This document shows positions 42,818 through 52,177 of a stretch of DNA of 64,000 nt, piece after piece. Numbering within the stretch: the stretch's first letter is position 1; each line of letters opens with the position of its first letter. A program made the translations under genes and the position numbers. The stretch comes from Planctomycetota bacterium (GTDB lineage Bacteria; Planctomycetota; UBA1135; UBA2386): assembly GCA_965223545.1 (NCBI GenBank), contig OZ245006.1, positions 4,480,001 through 4,544,000 on the forward strand, given 5' to 3'. Below the pieces are notes generated by a model. It made no database searches, was not told the DNA's origin, and was given only the letters and a program-made list of their open reading frames with translations.

Positions 42818-44938
42818 GTGCACTGCCCCACCCCTCTGGCTCTCCTCACCGCGATCGCGATCGCGCCTCCCATCACCGCCCAGCACACGTGGGTGCAGCG
42901 GACTACCGGACCCGTGCAGACCGGCGCTCGCTTGGCGACCGACCCGGTGCGCGGTCGCGTGCTGCGGTTCGGTGGGGTCGACGCCGTCGGCCGCCCGGTC
43001 GCGCGCACCGAAGCGTGGAGCGGCGCGGATTGGGTCCGGCTGGTGCCGCCGACCGAGCCCGCGGCGCGCGCCGCGCACGCGCTCTCCGACGATCCGCTGC
43101 GCGGCCGCGTCGTGCTGTTCGGCGGTACCGCCGAGATCGGCACTTGGCCGGCGACGACCGCGTTCGGCGACACCTGGGAGTGGGATGGACGCACTTGGAC
43201 GGTGGTTGCCACCGGCGGACCGTCGCCGCGCGCTGGCGCGGCGATGGCGTTCGACCGAGCCCGCCGCCGCCACGTGTTGTTCGGCGGCGGTGACGACTCC
43301 ACGTGGGAGTGGGACGGTGCGGGGTGGAGCGTGCTCAACACCGCGGTGCGGCCGCCCGTCCGGCAGGGTGCGGCGATGGCGTATGACGCCGCCCGCGCGC
43401 GGATCGTGCTGCACGGTGGATTCACCGGTGGGCGGCCGGGCGTCGGGCCGCTGGCGGACACTTGGGAGTTCGACGGCGCTTCGTGGACGCTGCGGTCCTC
43501 CGCCGGGCCGGGCGAGGGTGAGATGGCCTACGACGCCCAGCGGCAGCGATGCGTCCTCGTCACGCGCGCGACGGCGACCACTTGGGATTGGGACGGCAGC
43601 GCGTGGACGGCCCGCGGACCGGCCTATCAGGGCGGCGGCGCGCTCGCCTGGGACCCCCTCGGCACCGTGGTCATCACCGATGGCGGGCCGCGGATCGCGG
43701 CGTGGGGCGGCTCGAGCTGGCGCGAGTTCGGCGTCGACCGCGAGCTGCCTCAGACGGTGGGCGCGGCGCTCGCCGAGCATCGCGGCAGCGGCCACGTGTT
43801 GTTCTTCGGCGGTTGGTTCTTCAGCGCGAGCGGGCAGGCGCGCCCCGATGGTCAGACGTTGTTGTGGGACGGTCTCCGCTGGACTGCGCCCAACCTCGCG
43901 GTCGCGCCGCCGGCACGCGGTGACCACGCGATGGTCTACAGCACGCGCAGCGGTCGCGTGCTGATGTTCGGCGGCCGCGGCGCATCGGTGGCCCACGCCG
44001 ACACCTGGGAGTGGGACGGCCGCAGCTGGCGGCAGCGGCCGTTGGCGGTGTCGCCGCCCGGTGGCGATGGCCACCGGATGGCGTTCGACGAGCGGCGCGG
44101 AGCGGCGGTGTTGGTCACCGGCGGCACGCGGGCGGGCGAGACCTGGGAGTACCGCGCCGACCGCTGGCAGCAGGTCGTGACCGCGACCACGCCGCCGGGG
44201 GCGGGAGGCGTCGCGTACGACGCGCGCAACCGCGTCGTCGTGCTGTTCGACGGCGGCGTCCTCGGTGCCGGGACGTGGGCCTACGACGGCGTGGATTGGC
44301 GCCGCCGGACCCCGACCACGGCACCGCCCACCTCCGGCCCGATGGCGTTCGTGCCGTCGCTCAACGGCGTGGCGCTGTTCGAGCCGGCCGGTACTTGGCT
44401 GTGGAATGGGATCGATTGGCGCCGCACGGTGGTGACCGGCGGGCCCGCGCCGTTCTCGGGCGCGGCCGCGTACCACACCGCGCGCGAGGCGGCGGTCCTC
44501 GTCGACGGCGGCTACGACAACGCCACCTGGTTGTTGTCGCCGAACCCCGCGGCCTCGGTCGTGACCGGGACGGGTTGTGGGGGAGTGGGGCGCGCGCCGT
44601 GGCTCGAGAGCTATGGCCGGCCGGTGCTGGCCAACACCAAGTTCGCGCTCGACCTCGGCGATGCGCCGCCGTCGTCCGCGGCCGCGGTGTTGCTCGGCGC
44701 ACCGGGGAGCGCCCCGCTCGGCAGTGGGTGCACGCTGTTCGCGGATCCGCTGCAGCCCATCTTGGTGCTGCCGCTGGTCACCAGCGCGCTCGGCGCCGGC
44801 ACGATTCCGCTGCCGATCCCCGAGCGCAGGTTCTTCGCCGGTGGTGTGGCCGCGGCCCAGGCCACGGTGCTGCATGCCTCGGGACCCCTGGCCGGGCTGT
44901 CCTTCACGCACGGCGTGCTGCTGACCCTCGGCGAGTGA
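42818..44938 (+). CDS. Secreted Kelch-like repeat protein with shared C-terminal domain
   Basis: Repeats of P.R..HAMA(Y/F)D..R.RVVLFGG...DTWEWDG..W; signal peptide from GTG 42818. Confidence 0.88.
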   Translation: MHCPTPLALLTAIAIAPPITAQHTWVQRTTGPVQTGARLATDPVRGRVLRFGGVDAVGRPVARTEAWSGADWVRLVPPTEPAARAAHALSDDPLRGRVVLFGGTAEIGTWPATTAFGDTWEWDGRTWTVVATGGPSPRAGAAMAFDRARRRHVLFGGGDDSTWEWDGAGWSVLNTAVRPPVRQGAAMAYDAARARIVLHGGFTGGRPGVGPLADTWEFDGASWTLRSSAGPGEGEMAYDAQRQRCVLVTRATATTWDWDGSAWTARGPAYQGGGALAWDPLGTVVITDGGPRIAAWGGSSWREFGVDRELPQTVGAALAEHRGSGHVLFFGGWFFSASGQARPDGQTLLWDGLRWTAPNLAVAPPARGDHAMVYSTRSGRVLMFGGRGASVAHADTWEWDGRSWRQRPLAVSPPGGDGHRMAFDERRGAAVLVTGGTRAGETWEYRADRWQQVVTATTPPGAGGVAYDARNRVVVLFDGGVLGAGTWAYDGVDWRRRTPTTAPPTSGPMAFVPSLNGVALFEPAGTWLWNGIDWRRTVVTGGPAPFSGAAAYHTAREAAVLVDGGYDNATWLLSPNPAASVVTGTGCGGVGRAPWLESYGRPVLANTKFALDLGDAPPSSAAAVLLGAPGSAPLGSGCTLFADPLQPILVLPLVTSALGAGTIPLPIPERRFFAGGVAAAQATVLHASGPLAGLSFTHGVLLTLGE

Positions 44939-45156
44939 CGCGCTCCGGGGCGGCGCCGGCCGCGTGGTGTCGCAGGGCGCGTTGCCCGGCGCGGCCATCG
45001 CATGGGGGCTCTGGTGCGCGGCCGCGCGCCACGGTGCGCGGGCTTTGATCCTGGCTTCGACCGCCGAGTCGATTCGGTATACTTCGCCGCCCTTTTTCCG
45101 CCGCTGTCGGGCGCGGTTGCAGCCCATCCGTGGCGCGGCCGAGCCCGTGCCGATCC

Positions 45157-45939
45157 ATGCATCCCACCCAGCAACGAGCCTCCGGTGCCACGGCAACTTC
45201 TAGCCGTGGCCCGATCGATGGACCGCTGGCGATCTCGGTCGTGCTCCCGATCTACGCCGAGAAGCGCTCGGTCTCGGAGCTGGTGGACGGCCTGCTGCAG
45301 CTGGTGCGCCCGGATCTGCACGAGATCATCCTGATGGTTGCGCCCGCCGCGCCAGAGGAGACCTTCGCGATCTGCCGGGAGGTCGAGGCCGCCTGCGACA
45401 TCGCCCGGCTGTCGGTGCAGGAGAAGACGCCGGGGCTGGGCTACGCCGTGCGCCAGGGGATCGACGAGGCCCAGGGGGCGACGATCTTGCTGATGGACAG
45501 CGACGGCGAGATGGACGTCAACACGGTGCCCTTGATGGTCGCCGAGATGAAGCGCTCCGGCGCCGACATGGTGGTCGGCAGCCGCTGGGTCAAGGGCGGC
45601 GGCGTCGAGGGCTACGACCGCTTCAAGTACTACCTCAACCGCGGCTATCAGCTGCTGTTCCGCGTGCTGTACCGCACGCGCGTGCGCGACCTGACCCTGG
45701 GCTTCAAGCTGGCCCGCGCCGAGGTGATGAAGCGGCAGCAGTGGGACTCGCAGTTCCACGACATCGGCTGCGAGACGACGATGCGGATCGTCCGCGCCGG
45801 CCACCACGTCACCGAGGTGCCGACGGTGTGGCGCAAGCGCAAGGAAGGCGAGTCCAGCAACCCGTTCCGTCGCAACTTCAAGTACGTCTGGAAGGCACTG
45901 AACATTTTGATTCGACCCAAACCGCCGATCGACCAATGA
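45157..45939 (+). CDS. GT2 glycosyltransferase (polyprenyl-phosphate/DPM1-like)
   Basis: SVVLPIYAE; GLGYAVRQG; LMDSDGE; DMVVGSRW; DLTLGFK; EVPTVW. Confidence 0.9.
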   Translation: MHPTQQRASGATATSSRGPIDGPLAISVVLPIYAEKRSVSELVDGLLQLVRPDLHEIILMVAPAAPEETFAICREVEAACDIARLSVQEKTPGLGYAVRQGIDEAQGATILLMDSDGEMDVNTVPLMVAEMKRSGADMVVGSRWVKGGGVEGYDRFKYYLNRGYQLLFRVLYRTRVRDLTLGFKLARAEVMKRQQWDSQFHDIGCETTMRIVRAGHHVTEVPTVWRKRKEGESSNPFRRNFKYVWKALNILIRPKPPIDQ

Positions 45940-47069
45940 AGACCGCCCTCGTCACCACGACGATCCACGTCCCCAAGGCCCTCGAGGGCTATCTCGACAA
46001 CTTCGCGAAGAACGGCTTTCGCGACGATGTCTTCGTCGTCGTCATCGGCGACCGGAAGACGCCGGCGGAGACCGAGCCCTACTGTGCCCAGCTGAGTGAG
46101 CGCACTGGCTACGACATCCAATACTGGGGGGTCGAGCGGCAGCAGAAGTGGCTGGCCGATCTGCCGGAGCTGGACGCGTTGTTGCCGTGGAACAGCGTGC
46201 AGCGTCGCAATCTGGCCTACCTGCTGGCCGCGGCCGCGGGCGCCGAGAGCATCATCACGATCGACGACGACAACCACGTCACCGACGACGATTATCTGGG
46301 CGGCCACGCGATCATCGGGGCGACCGAGGAGCTGCCGACGTTGCACTCGCCGACCGGCTGGTTCAACAGCTCCCACCTGTTGGTGACCGATCCGCCCAAG
46401 CCGCTGTATCACCGCGGCTATCCCACCTCCAAGCGCGATCCCAAGGAGACCCTGCAGCCGGGCAGCGCGCGGGGCCGGGTCGTGGTCAACGCCGGATTGT
46501 GGCTGGAAACGGCGGACGCCGACGCGATGTCGCACCTGGACGCGCCGTGTCGGGTAATCGGCTATCGCGATGGGTTCGACGGCCGGACGGCGGTCGCGCC
46601 CGGTGACCACATGGTGTTCAACAGCCAGAACACCGCGTTCCACCGCGACACACTGCCGGCGATGTTCTTGATGCCGATGGGCGGCAAGTGCGGCGACTTG
46701 GTCGTCGGCCGCTACGACGACATCTGGATGGGCATGTTCGTCAAGCGCATCGCCGACCATCTCGGCGACCTGATCACGGTCGGTCGCCCGCTGGTGCAGC
46801 AGCTGCGCAACGACCACGACCTGATCAAGGACGCGCTGGTGGAGATCCCGGCGCAGCGCATCAGCAACACGATGACGGTCACCCTGGATCGCATCTCGCT
46901 GTCGGGAGCCGACTACGGCTCTTGCTATCTCGAGCTGATCGACCAGCTGCGGGCGGGGTTGACGCGCGACGGCTACACCGCCGACGAGCAGGCCTACCTC
47001 AACGGCATGTATGACGGCATGCAGACGTGGGTGCGCGTCTGCGAGGGCTTCACGACGGCGGCGAGCTGA
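45936..47069 (+). CDS. RGP/UDP-arabinopyranose mutase (GT75)/STELLO-like protein
   Basis: IGDRKTP; RRNLAYL; IITIDDDN; HRGYP; NAGLWLETADADA; NSQNTAF; GRYDDIWMG; DHLG. ATGA overlap with the upstream gene. Confidence 0.8.
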   Translation: MKTALVTTTIHVPKALEGYLDNFAKNGFRDDVFVVVIGDRKTPAETEPYCAQLSERTGYDIQYWGVERQQKWLADLPELDALLPWNSVQRRNLAYLLAAAAGAESIITIDDDNHVTDDDYLGGHAIIGATEELPTLHSPTGWFNSSHLLVTDPPKPLYHRGYPTSKRDPKETLQPGSARGRVVVNAGLWLETADADAMSHLDAPCRVIGYRDGFDGRTAVAPGDHMVFNSQNTAFHRDTLPAMFLMPMGGKCGDLVVGRYDDIWMGMFVKRIADHLGDLITVGRPLVQQLRNDHDLIKDALVEIPAQRISNTMTVTLDRISLSGADYGSCYLELIDQLRAGLTRDGYTADEQAYLNGMYDGMQTWVRVCEGFTTAAS

Positions 47070-47071
47070 GC

Positions 47072-48010
47072 ATGGGACAGAAGATCTTCATTACCGGGGG
47101 CGCCGGCTACCTCGGCAGCGTGATGATCGGCGAGCTGCTGCGCGCCGGGCACACGGTCACCGTCCTCGACAATCTGTGCTATGGGCAGCACACGCTGTTC
47201 CACTACTGCGCCGATCCCAACTTCGAGTTCGTGCGCGGCGACGCGCGCGACGAGGAGACGGTCAAGGGCTTGGTGCGCGATGCCGACGTGCTGATCCCGT
47301 TGGCGGCCCTGGTCGGCGCGCCGGGCTGCAAGCTCGACCCGTGGACCGCGACGTCGGTCAACCGCGACGCGATCGTGATGCTCAACCGCGTGCGCAGCAA
47401 GCAGCAGCTGGTGATCTACCCGACGACCAACTCCGGCTACGGCACGACCACCGGCGACGTCTACTGCACCGAGGAGACCCCGCTCGAGCCGATCTCGCTG
47501 TACGGCCAGACCAAGGTCGACGCCGAGAACGAGCTGCTGGCCTCCGAGAACGTCATCACCTTGCGCCTGGCCACGGTGTTCGGCATGTCGCCGCGCATGC
47601 GCCTGGACCTCCTCGTCAACCACTTCACCTACGCGGCGGTCACCGACCGCTACATCGTGATCTTCGAGAAGGACTTCAAGCGCAACTACATCCACGTCCG
47701 CGACGTCGCCGACGCCTTCGTCCACTGCATCGCCAACGCCCCCTCCATGGTCGGCAGGCCCTACAACGCCGGCCTCGACGAGGCCAACCTGAGCAAGGAA
47801 GAGCTCGCGCTCAAGATCAAGGGCTACGTGCCCGAGTTCTACATCCACTTCGGCGAGATCGGCTCCGACCCCGACAAGCGCAACTACATCGTCTCCAACG
47901 CGCGCCTGGCCGAGGCCGGCTTCACCGCGCAGCGCACGCTCGACTTCGGCATCGAGGAGCTGCTCAAGGGCTACCGGATGCTGGGGCGCGGGATGTTCAA
48001 GAACGTGTGA
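47072..48010 (+). CDS. NAD-dependent nucleotide-sugar epimerase/dehydratase (extended SDR)
   Basis: ITGGAGYLGS; YGQTK (YxxxK); LRLATVFG; RNYIHVRD. Confidence 0.93.
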   Translation: MGQKIFITGGAGYLGSVMIGELLRAGHTVTVLDNLCYGQHTLFHYCADPNFEFVRGDARDEETVKGLVRDADVLIPLAALVGAPGCKLDPWTATSVNRDAIVMLNRVRSKQQLVIYPTTNSGYGTTTGDVYCTEETPLEPISLYGQTKVDAENELLASENVITLRLATVFGMSPRMRLDLLVNHFTYAAVTDRYIVIFEKDFKRNYIHVRDVADAFVHCIANAPSMVGRPYNAGLDEANLSKEELALKIKGYVPEFYIHFGEIGSDPDKRNYIVSNARLAEAGFTAQRTLDFGIEELLKGYRMLGRGMFKNV

Positions 48011-48042
48011 CCGGCCCCGTGCCGGCGCCTCGAACGCGTGTG

Positions 48043-48455
48043 CTGCGCGACGATGTGGTCGACGACGCACGCGGAGTCATCGCCGACGATCACCATGCCG
48101 GCAAGGTTCGCGCGTGTTCTCGGCCGCACGGTTCGGTCTCGCGCTACCTGATCTCCACGAGTCGTTCCCCGTTCTCGAGCAGCTCCTTGACGCGCGGGAA
48201 GCCCCGGGTCATGAGGTCTTGGAGGCTGTGAGTCTCGATTGCGTTCGTGTCCGCCATCCCGGTTGCGGTGGTTGGCGGTAGCTGTGCGTCGATCCAGAGG
48301 TTCGAGCCACGATCACCGGATGGTGCTGAATGGGCCCGGGCGGGCATGCATGTCCGCAAGCGCGCCAGCGGCGCCGGATGCGTCCTACTGCGCGACGATG
48401 TCGTCGACGACGAACGCGGAGTCGTCGCCGATGATCACGATGCCGGCCAGGTTCG
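48043..48455. repeat. 68-bp imperfect direct repeat (48043-48110 and 48388-48455)
   Basis: 62/68 identical by eye. The second copy is the 3' end of the gene at 48385-49015. Confidence 0.85.
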
Positions 48456-49015
48456 AGCCCGTCACGGTGTAGGCCTGCCAGGTGCGCTGGACTGTGACGA
48501 ACATGGCATCTTGAACTCCGCCGGGGCCGAAACCGACGATCGCGAGCGGGGTGCCCGGTTCGTATCCGGTGGCAATATGCGCGGTGACCTGCGTGTGGCC
48601 GGCGCCAAAGGTGACGATGTGGGGCGGTACGGCAATGCCGTGCGGCGGCAGGTAGGACACCGCCCGGTTGAACGCCAGGAAGTTGACGCCAGAGCGCGCG
48701 TCGACGCCGAACCGACTGTTCTCATGAAGGACGGCCCCGCCGTTGCCGTTGAGCCCGCCAAAGACCGCGCCTTCGAACGGTCCGCTCAGGGGAGCGGTCG
48801 CGAGGAAACCGCTCGGCGCGGTGATGCTCTCGAAGTCGATGGTGGTCGGCGAGGCGTTCGGGCGTGGACCTTGCGACAGATCGATGAGGTGTTCGACCGT
48901 CTCGGCGGTCAGCATCTCGGCGACGCGGGCGCGTAGCTCGAGATGCCGCGCGTCGGGGAGAGTCGCGGTGAGGGCAGTGACCGCACCGAGGGCGAGGGCG
49001 GGATAGGCATTTCAA
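48385..49015 (-). pseudogene. Secreted small beta-domain protein with a 1-nt frameshift in the signal peptide
   Basis: GGAGG RBS, then TTG at 49015 (MKCLS); an extra C near 49000, then ALALGAVTALTATLP... continuing into the 48385-48915 ORF (TTIDFES...SGVNFLAFN...FVVDDI). Confidence 0.6.
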
Positions 49016-49210
49016 AGTGCCTCCGGCCTTCGCAAGAGGCCATCGGCGAACCGCCCCATGGTATCCGAACCGCTCGGCAGGTGCGGTGAGGCGTCCCCGA
49101 CGAGGTGAAACGCCCGAGTTTCCGGGGTGCGCGCAGACCCCATGCGCGCGGCGACCCGATCATGGCATGCAACCCGTTCACTCGAACGGCAGCGAAGATA
49201 CGCCGCCGCC

Positions 49211-49990
49211 TCACGTCGTCTTCATGATGAAGACGACGGTGTAGAAAGGTGGCAGGTTTACGCCCCCGTGGTCATGCTCTCCATCCACCGCGATGGTATG
49301 GCTATGCGTGTGCGTGTGGTGCCCATCGTCACCGTTCTTCTTTGGCTCACCGCTCGAAGCAGTTTCCCCGGTTCGGCCGCCATGGCTATGCCCGCCATCA
49401 CGAGGGATATCCTCCTGACCACCTTCAACTTGCGACTGGTCTATGTATTGCACGCCGCGTAAGAACCGGCTGTTCAGGTTTGGTGTGCCGTTCTTGCCAT
49501 CACAAATCACCCACTCCTTTGGTGGCTCAGGCTGGGTGGGTGTCGGGACCCAGGCAAGAATTGTCCCGACGGGAACTGAGCGGGCGAGTGCATTCCCTGA
49601 CGCCGTCACGGCGTTGTTGGCGAGTCTCTTTGCGTCGCCGGCATTGTCCACGGCCTCGTCGACGCGGCCGGATAACACCTTGCTCGCATCATCCGCCTGA
49701 GCTGCTTTGCTCTCGGCACGTGTAGCGACGAGTTCTGCGGTTGCGGACTTTTCCTCTGCCTTATCGGCGTCTTCTCGAGCCAGCACTGCGAGAGCAGACG
49801 CTCTCTCGGCTTTCTCCCTAGCTTGGCCAACAAGCCCGTAAAGACCGCTTTGTGCGCTGGGATCCCCAACGTCCTTCCTCAAGCTCGAAACGTCGTAGGC
49901 TCCCCGGGTGAAGAAGGCGGTTCCCGCGATGGCTGCCGAGATGAGCGAGAGAGCGAGTGCCGCGAGGGCAATTTTATCACCGTTTTCCAT
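49211..49990 (-). CDS. Membrane-anchored coiled-coil protein with phage tail-collar-like C-terminal domain
   Basis: MENGDKIALAALALSLISAAIAG (TM); Ala/Lys/Glu-rich coiled coil; VPVGTILAW...PPKEWVICDGKNGTPNL..RFLRG...HTHTHSH...NLPPFYTVVFIMK. Confidence 0.8.
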   Translation of the reverse strand: MENGDKIALAALALSLISAAIAGTAFFTRGAYDVSSLRKDVGDPSAQSGLYGLVGQAREKAERASALAVLAREDADKAEEKSATAELVATRAESKAAQADDASKVLSGRVDEAVDNAGDAKRLANNAVTASGNALARSVPVGTILAWVPTPTQPEPPKEWVICDGKNGTPNLNSRFLRGVQYIDQSQVEGGQEDIPRDGGHSHGGRTGETASSGEPKKNGDDGHHTHTHSHTIAVDGEHDHGGVNLPPFYTVVFIMKTT

Positions 49991-50262
49991 TCTTGTTTCC
50001 TCAACGAGTCCCAAGCATCTCCTCCACGCTGCGATATTCCAGACGTTGGGGCAGCGCAGCCACAACTCGACCGCATGGTCTACCCTCCCGGCCCTCTCGA
50101 GATGCCCCGATGCCGCAGGAGCCACGTCTCGCCCATCTTCTTGCCTGACGGACCAGCCCTTGATGAGACTCATCTGACCCTCGTTGAGGTTCCCACACGG
50201 TTCCCACACTAGGTTCGCGAGCAGGTGCTCAACAGCGAGTAACGGTCGCTAGCAGTCCGTTG

Positions 50263-52177
50263 GTGCGCCGGGAGACCGGCGGAGTGTAGCGAATGAAAGA
50301 GTCGTACGATGAAGGTTGGCGAGCCACGTCGACCCCGAGTCATGCGCCGTCACCCGCGAGGGTGGAGGTGAAGCGTTGACAGGGGCACACGCAGGCCAGG
50401 CTATTGAGCCGCGAAAACTGCTACTTCGGGATGCCGACGCAGTCAACGGATGCGGAAGGCAACACCAGCGCCAGCGAGATCGCCTGCTGGCGCAGGATCC
50501 CGCGCGGGCTGAGAACCAGGGCATGCGTGGAAGCACTCCGCACGGGAACCGGGAGATCTCAGACTTGCCCCGAGGGGAGGGCCCTCGGGGACGCATCGGG
50601 AAGTCTCAGGACGCAATCCGGTGACGCACGAGCCTGAGAAGTCGGACAGCTTCGTAGTACCGGAGAAGCAGCCGAACAAAGCTGGGCAACCGGCGGCGGA
50701 GGCCGTGGAGGAAAGGAAGCTGGCCAAGGGAAACTCGCGAGAGCAAAACGCGCCCCGGACTCAGCGCCGGATCAGCGCGCACAGCGCGCTCGAGCGGGTA
50801 CGTGAAGCAGCAAGGAGGAACAGGAAACAGCAGTTCACTGCGCTCCTACACCACGTCTACGACGTCGATCGTCTTCGGGTTGCGTATCACGCCATCCGGC
50901 GCGATGCAGCCCCCGGCGTCGACGGCGTGACATGGGCGGCCTACGGGGAGCACCTGGAGGATCGTCTCCAGGGCCTCGCGGCTCGCCTTCGGCGCGGAGC
51001 GTATCGAGCGAAGCCGGTGCAGAGGGCCTACGTGCCAAAGGTGGACGGGCGACAGCGTCCCATCGGTCTACCGACGCTGGAGGACAAGATCGTCCAGCGC
51101 GCGGTGGTCGAGGTCCTGAACGCCATCTACGAGACCGACTTCCTCGACTTCAGCTACGGCTTCCGTCCGAAGCGCAGCCCGCACATGGCGCTGGACGCAC
51201 TGACGACGGGAATCATGACACGGAAGGTGAACTGGGTGCTCGATGCCGACATCCGTGGCTTCTTCGATGCCCTCGACCACGGCTGGCTGGTGAAGTTTCT
51301 CGAGCACCACATCGGTGACCGGCGAGTGATTCGACTCATCCAAGAGTGGCTGCACGCCGGAGTCCTGGAGGGCGGGCGCCGAGTGCGTAGCGACAAGGGC
51401 ACGGTCCAGGGCGGGAGTATCAGTCCGCTGTTGGCCAACGTGTTCCTGCACTACGTGTTCGACCTGTGGATCCAACAGTGGCGCCAGACGCGGGCGCGCG
51501 GCGACGTCGTCGTCGTGCGCTTCGCCGATGACTTCGCTGTGGGCTTCGAGCACCGCGAGGAAGCGGAGGCGTTCCACAAGGAGCTGGCGGAGCGCTTCGC
51601 CAGCTTCGGTCTGGAACTGCATCCCGAGAAGACCCGGTTGCTCCGGTTCGGGCGCCACGCGCGCAAGGACGAGAGCGACGACGGTCGCACCGGGCCCCCC
51701 GCGACCTTCAAGTTCCTGGGATTCACGCACATCTGCGGGAAGACCAGGGCCGGCCGATTCACGGTCTACCGCCGAACGGCCACCAAGACACTCCAGCTGA
51801 AGTTGCGGGGGATCCGTGAGGCGCTCCGGCGCCGGAGGCATCTCCCCATCCCCGAGCAAGGGCGCTACCTGCGCTCCGTCGTGCTCGGGCATGTCCGCTA
51901 CTTCGGCGTGCCGATGAACAGCGGGGCGATCACTCGCTTCCGCCACATCGTCATACAGCTGTGGAAACGCAGCCTGGAGCGTCGCAGCCAACGGGGTCGC
52001 ATCCTCTGGGATCGCATGACGCGGCTCGCCGCAGCATGGCTCCCTCCGGCCCGAGTCTGTCATCCCTACCCTCTCGTGCGGCTTGGCGTCATCACCCGAG
52101 GCAGGAGCCCAGTGCGGTAGTCCCGCACGCTGGGATCTGAACGGGGGGCGTCGGGCAACCGGCGTCCCTACCGTGAC
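50263..52177 (+). mobile_element. Group II intron (IIB-like branch spacing), apparently full length
   Basis: 5' GTGCG at 50263; domain V GAGCCCAGTGCG...CGCACGCTGGGATC (52105-52137); domain VI hairpin with bulged A 8 nt from the 3' AC end at 52177; EBS loops match the 5' exon. Confidence 0.92.
50621..52120 (+). CDS. ltrA: Group II intron reverse transcriptase/maturase, no HNH endonuclease
   Basis: AAPGVDG; RPIGLPTLEDKIVQ; SYGFRPKRSPH; VLDADIRGFFD; GTVQGGSISPLLAN; RFADD; LHPEKT; FKFLGF. Confidence 0.95.
   Translation: MTHEPEKSDSFVVPEKQPNKAGQPAAEAVEERKLAKGNSREQNAPRTQRRISAHSALERVREAARRNRKQQFTALLHHVYDVDRLRVAYHAIRRDAAPGVDGVTWAAYGEHLEDRLQGLAARLRRGAYRAKPVQRAYVPKVDGRQRPIGLPTLEDKIVQRAVVEVLNAIYETDFLDFSYGFRPKRSPHMALDALTTGIMTRKVNWVLDADIRGFFDALDHGWLVKFLEHHIGDRRVIRLIQEWLHAGVLEGGRRVRSDKGTVQGGSISPLLANVFLHYVFDLWIQQWRQTRARGDVVVVRFADDFAVGFEHREEAEAFHKELAERFASFGLELHPEKTRLLRFGRHARKDESDDGRTGPPATFKFLGFTHICGKTRAGRFTVYRRTATKTLQLKLRGIREALRRRRHLPIPEQGRYLRSVVLGHVRYFGVPMNSGAITRFRHIVIQLWKRSLERRSQRGRILWDRMTRLAAAWLPPARVCHPYPLVRLGVITRGRSPVR

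Noticed and set aside
48043..48455. 68-bp repeat pair as a DGR TR/VR
   Set aside because: The six mismatches are not confined to adenines on either strand.
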